Shown here: in pieces, positions 60,158-64,000 of the stretch
How the letters are laid out: each line of letters starts with the position of its first letter
Position numbering within the stretch: position 1 is the stretch's first letter
Program-made: the position numbers and the translations under genes
Notes under the pieces: model-generated
What the model was told of the DNA's origin: nothing
The model's input: the letters and a program-made list of their open reading frames with translations, nothing else
Databases searched by the model: none
DNA from: Nitrospiria bacterium
Lineage (GTDB): Bacteria; Nitrospirota; Nitrospiria; JACQBZ01
DNA length: 64,000 nucleotides
Direction: 5' to 3'
Assembly (NCBI GenBank): GCA_035517655.1
Contig: DATIYJ010000044.1
Span: 4,215 to 68,214, forward strand

Positions 60158-60965
60158 GGTCCTGTTGAACATACGGTGGCAGGATATTCTTGACATCGCC
60201 ATTGTCGCGACGGTGTTGTATTGGTTGTTTCTGATCCTGAAGGGCACACGCGCCCTGAAGATGCTGGTGGGATTGACGTTGTTGCTGCTGGCCTCCGTCC
60301 TATCCAAATCGGCGGACCTCTATACGGTGGATTGGCTTGTGACGAGCTTCTGGGCCCAGGTGGTGCTTGTCATCGTCATACTTTTCCAGCCTGAAATCCG
60401 CCGGGCACTCGCCCAAATTGGCCAAACCCCGTTCGGTCGAAACATGAGCACCAGTGAAGAGTCCCGCACGCTGGAAGAAATCATCCGCGCGGTCGTCTCG
60501 ATGGCCAACAAGCGGATGGGGGCTATCATCGTCCTTGAAAGGGAGATCGAGTTGAAGGATATCGTGGAGGTCGGCGTGGCGGTCGACGCCAAGCTCTCCA
60601 AGGAACTGCTTCTGAGCCTCTTCATGCCCTATTCGCCGCTTCACGACGGCGCCGTGATCATCAAGGGCGACCGGCTGATCGCCGCCGGATGCTTCCTGCC
60701 GTTGACGCTGAGCTCGGACATCAGTAAGATGCTCGGCACCCGCCATCGGGCCGCGATGGGAATCACGGAAGAGACCGACGCGGTCGTGATCGTCGTATCG
60801 GAAGAAAGCGGGTCGATTTCGGTCATCATTGCCGGGAAGTTGACACGCGAACTGGACGCGGCCGCCCTCCGGCGGGTCCTGAACCGGATCTTCCTGCGGG
60901 AAAAGCGGGAAGGGCTGGCGATTGTTGAACGGCTGAAGGAGTTTTTTCCGGCCCGATCCAAATGA
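60150..60965 (+). CDS. cdaA: Diadenylate cyclase CdaA (membrane-anchored DAC)
   Basis: Three N-terminal TM helices. DAC domain with DGA (LHDGAVII) and RHR (GTRHRAA) motifs. Start overlaps the folP stop. Confidence 0.85.
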   Translation: MREVLLNIRWQDILDIAIVATVLYWLFLILKGTRALKMLVGLTLLLLASVLSKSADLYTVDWLVTSFWAQVVLVIVILFQPEIRRALAQIGQTPFGRNMSTSEESRTLEEIIRAVVSMANKRMGAIIVLEREIELKDIVEVGVAVDAKLSKELLLSLFMPYSPLHDGAVIIKGDRLIAAGCFLPLTLSSDISKMLGTRHRAAMGITEETDAVVIVVSEESGSISVIIAGKLTRELDAAALRRVLNRIFLREKREGLAIVERLKEFFPARSK

Positions 60966-61624
60966 TTCTGAATCAACTGAAGGCCCTGTTGCTGGACAAC
61001 TATCTGATCAAGATCGCCTCGCTGGCCTTCGCGGTCGTCCTCTGGCTCTACGTGAATGCGAAGGGCGGAGTAGAGATGGAAATGACGGTGCCGTTGGAAT
61101 TGAAAAACCTCCCTCCCACTTTGGTCGTCGTTGGAGACATGATCGACGATGTCAATGTCCGGATCAAAGGCCGTGAACGGATTCTGCAGAGAATGACTGG
61201 GCGCTCCGTCAGCGCCGTTTTGGATTTGACGGGAGCCCGGGAAGGCGATAACGTTTATTTTTTGGATCCCTCGGTCATTGCGGTCCCCTCCAATATTCAG
61301 ATTACTTGGATTAACCCTCGACGGGTCGTGGTCCGCACGGAAGCCCTGTTAAAAAAGGCGGTCCAGGTCTCCGCCAGGGTTTATGGCGCGCCCGCCGCGG
61401 GCTTCCGGATCGGCAGGGTGGATGTAACGCCGGCGTGGGTCACGGTCGAGGGCGCGCGAAGCGTCGTCGATCCGCTCACTCAACTCCTGACGGACCCGAT
61501 CGATGTCACCGGTATACGGAAAGTCCTCGTCCGCGAGACCAGGTTGAACCTTCTGGGGAAGAACCTCCAGGCGGATGTCAAAGAACCGATTCAAGTGAAG
61601 ATCCATGTCATCAGACAAAACTAA
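60962..61624 (+). CDS. cdaR: CdaR (YbbR-like domain regulator of CdaA)
   Basis: N-terminal TM helix. YbbR-like repeats. 4-bp overlap with cdaA. Confidence 0.75.
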   Translation: MILNQLKALLLDNYLIKIASLAFAVVLWLYVNAKGGVEMEMTVPLELKNLPPTLVVVGDMIDDVNVRIKGRERILQRMTGRSVSAVLDLTGAREGDNVYFLDPSVIAVPSNIQITWINPRRVVVRTEALLKKAVQVSARVYGAPAAGFRIGRVDVTPAWVTVEGARSVVDPLTQLLTDPIDVTGIRKVLVRETRLNLLGKNLQADVKEPIQVKIHVIRQN

Positions 61625-61625
61625 A

Positions 61626-62999
61626 ATGAAACCCGGTCGGACTAAAAAATTATTCGGCACGGACGGCGTCCGCGGAATCGCCAACCAGGAGCCGATGACC
61701 TCCGAGATGGCCATGAAATTGGGTCGGGCGGCCGCCTACCTGTTCAAGAACAAAGCCGGTCGGCACCGTATCGTCATCGGAAAAGACACCCGGCTGTCCG
61801 GCTACATGCTTGAAAGCGCATTGACCTCCGGAATCTGTTCGATGGGCGTGGACGTGCTTCTGGTGGGCCCGTTCCCCACCCCCGGCATCGCTTTTCTCAC
61901 GCGGAGCCTTCGCGCGGACGCCGGCGTTGTGATCTCGGCCTCCCATAATTCGTTCGAGGACAACGGAATCAAGTTCTTCTCCCGGGACGGGTTGAAACTT
62001 CCGGACCGGATGGAGCACGAGATGGAAGAGCTCATCTTCTCGGGAAAGATTGACTCCATTCGCCCGACGGCGGATGAGATCGGCAAGGCCTTCCGCGTCG
62101 ACGACGCGGAGGGGCGATACATCGAGTTCGTTAAAAGTTCCCTCCCGAAGGGGTTGACCCTCCAAGGATTAACGGTGGTGGTCGATTGTGCCAACGGCGC
62201 GGCCTACAAAGTCGCTCCGACGATTCTTCGGGAGCTGGACGCCAAGGTGATCGTTCTGGGCGACGAACCGAACGGGATGAACATCAATCAGGGCTGCGGC
62301 TCCACGCATCCGGAAGTGATCCAGAAAGCAGTGAGGGAACAGCGCGCGGACGTCGGCGTCGCGCACGACGGCGATGCCGACCGGGCGATCTTCACCTGTG
62401 AGAAAGGCCGCTTGGTGAACGGAGATCAAGTGATGGCGGCCCTGGCCGTGTCCCTGAAAAAGATGCGTCGGCTCAGTAAAAACACCCTGGTCACGACCGT
62501 GATGAGCAACATGGGCCTGGATCGGGCCATGAAAACGGCCGGTATTCGCATCGTGAAAACCGCGGTCGGAGACCGGTATGTGCTGGAACGGATGCTTCGG
62601 GACGGTTACAATTTCGGCGGTGAACAGTCCGGCCATTTGATCTTTTTGGATTACAACACCACCGGCGACGGACTGATCACATCCTTGCAAGTCCTCGCCA
62701 TGATGAAGACCACCGGGAAGCCTCTCTCGGAGCTGACCAAGGTCATGACGAACTTCCCCCAAGTGCTCGTGAATGTCCGGGTCAAGGAACGGCTTGACCT
62801 GTCGTCCCTGCCCAAGGTCAGGCAGCACATGGATAAACTCGAAAAGAAACTGGACGGTTCCGGACGCCTCCTGGTCCGCTATTCCGGGACCGAACCGTTG
62901 GTCCGGATCATGATCGAAGGCGAACGCGAACCGGAAATCCGGAAATGGGCCGACGACCTTGCACAAACCATCCGGAATGCCGTCGGCACCGGAGGGTGA
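61626..62999 (+). CDS. glmM: Phosphoglucosamine mutase
   Basis: LFGTDGVRG. Active-site [13 protein letters not shown]. 457 aa. Confidence 0.9.
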   Translation: MKPGRTKKLFGTDGVRGIANQEPMTSEMAMKLGRAAAYLFKNKAGRHRIVIGKDTRLSGYMLESALTSGICSMGVDVLLVGPFPTPGIAFLTRSLRADAGVVISASHNSFEDNGIKFFSRDGLKLPDRMEHEMEELIFSGKIDSIRPTADEIGKAFRVDDAEGRYIEFVKSSLPKGLTLQGLTVVVDCANGAAYKVAPTILRELDAKVIVLGDEPNGMNINQGCGSTHPEVIQKAVREQRADVGVAHDGDADRAIFTCEKGRLVNGDQVMAALAVSLKKMRRLSKNTLVTTVMSNMGLDRAMKTAGIRIVKTAVGDRYVLERMLRDGYNFGGEQSGHLIFLDYNTTGDGLITSLQVLAMMKTTGKPLSELTKVMTNFPQVLVNVRVKERLDLSSLPKVRQHMDKLEKKLDGSGRLLVRYSGTEPLVRIMIEGEREPEIRKWADDLAQTIRNAVGTGG

Positions 63000-63055
63000 G
63001 TTCCAAATAGACAAACAAAAGCGGTTTGTGGTATAGCTTTTACGGAGGGAAACCC

Positions 63056-63805
63056 ATGACCTTCGGACAACGGGCGCTGGTCTTCACTACATTGGTTTTC
63101 ATTACAGCGGCGGGGCTTCTCCCGGAGATCGCCGGCGGGCAAGGATTTGATCAGGTCTTATCCAGCAAGCACAACGTGCTTCCGGCCGGGCCCGCTTCCA
63201 CGATGGAAACGGTCTGCGGCTCCTGTCATATTAAAGCCAACGCGACTCAGGCCGTCCCGGCGTGGGATAAGGAGAATCCGACCAAGGCCTTCCATACAAG
63301 TCACGTTGCGCTTCCGCCGTTGGGAAAGGGAACACCCGACACAAAACCATTCGGACCTTCGTTTGACTGCTTGACGTGCCACGACGGCGTATTGGGAAAC
63401 AACATCCATCAATTGGGATTTTCCGGCCCGGCGGCGACCTATAATCCCCAGGCCGTGGAGGCTCTGCAGACCGGTCTTCGAACCTCGGACCATCCCGATT
63501 CGATCCTGTACCCCCGTCAACCGGACGGAAGCATGATCGCCGATCGGCCGGATCCAAAGCTCAGAAGGTACTGGTCGATTCCCGACCGTGACGACAACGG
63601 CGTGGTCTTGCCGACCGGCCCCCGCTCCGCGGCGTTGAATCTGCAAAACATCGACCCAAATGACCCGGCGGCCGCTTCGGCATTGGTTCGGACCTTCCGA
63701 GGGGTCATCCATTGCGATTCCTGCCACAACCCTCACAATAACGACACCCGCCCTTTTCTCCGCGCCCCCAACAAGACACTCTGCTTGGTCTGTCACGACC
63801 GGTAG
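63056..63805 (+). CDS. Secreted tetrahaem c-type cytochrome (four CXXCH motifs)
   Basis: Signal peptide. CGSCH, CLTCH, CDSCH, CLVCH. GGAGGG RBS. Confidence 0.65.
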   Translation: MTFGQRALVFTTLVFITAAGLLPEIAGGQGFDQVLSSKHNVLPAGPASTMETVCGSCHIKANATQAVPAWDKENPTKAFHTSHVALPPLGKGTPDTKPFGPSFDCLTCHDGVLGNNIHQLGFSGPAATYNPQAVEALQTGLRTSDHPDSILYPRQPDGSMIADRPDPKLRRYWSIPDRDDNGVVLPTGPRSAALNLQNIDPNDPAAASALVRTFRGVIHCDSCHNPHNNDTRPFLRAPNKTLCLVCHDR

Positions 63806-63814
63806 TTGAAATTT

Positions 63815-64000
63815 CTAAGTCATCGCCGATTGCCGCAGCCGCCGCAGAACCGTCTTGGAGGTCATTCCATGGATCTGAACCCACTTTTGTCGGGAGCGAG
63901 CGCCCCGGATGATCCGGATCCGACTTTGAGGAATTTGAAAGAGTTCCGCCAGAAAGATCCGGCAGGCCTCGTTCGCGGCTCCTTCAACCGGGGGAGCCAT
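63815..64000 (-). CDS. DUF167 (YggU-like) protein, C-terminal part (N-terminus beyond the window)
   Basis: PVEGAANEACRIFLAELFQIPQSRIRIIRGARSRQKWVQI matches the DUF167 consensus. Partial. Confidence 0.4.
   Translation of the reverse strand: MAPPVEGAANEACRIFLAELFQIPQSRIRIIRGARSRQKWVQIHGMTSKTVLRRLRQSAMT

Noticed and set aside
62169-63796. 281-aa and 212-aa ORFs on the - strand
   Set aside because: Antisense to glmM and the cytochrome gene.

Overview
High-GC (~60-65%) bacterial chromosomal segment. It is densely packed with genes, mostly housekeeping and central metabolism. I saw no transposase, integrase, phage gene or CRISPR array.

Main blocks, in order:
- 1-12.8 kb, + strand: an 11-gene acyl-CoA catabolic operon. 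It holds a thiolase, a split B12-dependent acyl-CoA mutase (large subunit, an interleaved MBL-fold hydrolase, small B12 subunit, separate MeaB-like G-protein), an SCP-x-type thiolase with a DUF35 partner, an AMP-forming acyl-CoA synthetase, an acyl-CoA dehydrogenase, and PrpD/MmgE plus PrpB-like genes.
- 12.8-24.3 kb, - strand: tadA, two tRNA-Ser, SRP RNA (ffs), dnaX, ybaB, recR. Then an XRE-HTH regulator carrying a POR-alpha domain-II-like domain, a 2-oxoacid:ferredoxin oxidoreductase operon (epsilon-like, A, B, G, D), an FHA-like protein, a small ORF, and mglB-mglA. tRNA-Arg(ACG) sits next to tadA.
- 24.3-33.6 kb: typA/bipA, an FHA-GGDEF cyclase, glycerate 2-kinase, transaldolase, a YHS-domain membrane protein, a TPR lipoprotein, an EamA transporter, and uvrC.
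- 33.8-45 kb: a VOC-family gene, dapA, dapB, an FAH-family gene, dapL, folK, a deoxynucleoside kinase, panC, putA, and a PilB/GspE-type ATPase with a C-terminal double zinc ribbon.
- 45-49.6 kb: comEC, then two DUF151 'bifunctional nuclease' paralogs flanking a lipoprotein.
- 49.7-63 kb: a hemX/ccsA-like gene, hemA, hemC, cobA-hemD, hemB, ribF, hpt, ftsH, folP, cdaA, cdaR, glmM.
- 63-64 kb: a small 4-haem cytochrome c and a partial DUF167 gene.

Things worth a second look:
- The mutase carries the Phe/Gln specificity signature of isobutyryl-CoA-type mutases rather than methylmalonyl-CoA mutase.
- A transcription-factor-like protein is fused to a POR-alpha domain-II-like domain directly upstream of the por operon.
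- A two-block sequence motif is shared by the 5' leaders of two unrelated genes (the VOC-family gene and hpt).
- Several promoter, operator and terminator candidates.

All calls come from reading the sequence and recalled family signatures; nothing was searched against a database.
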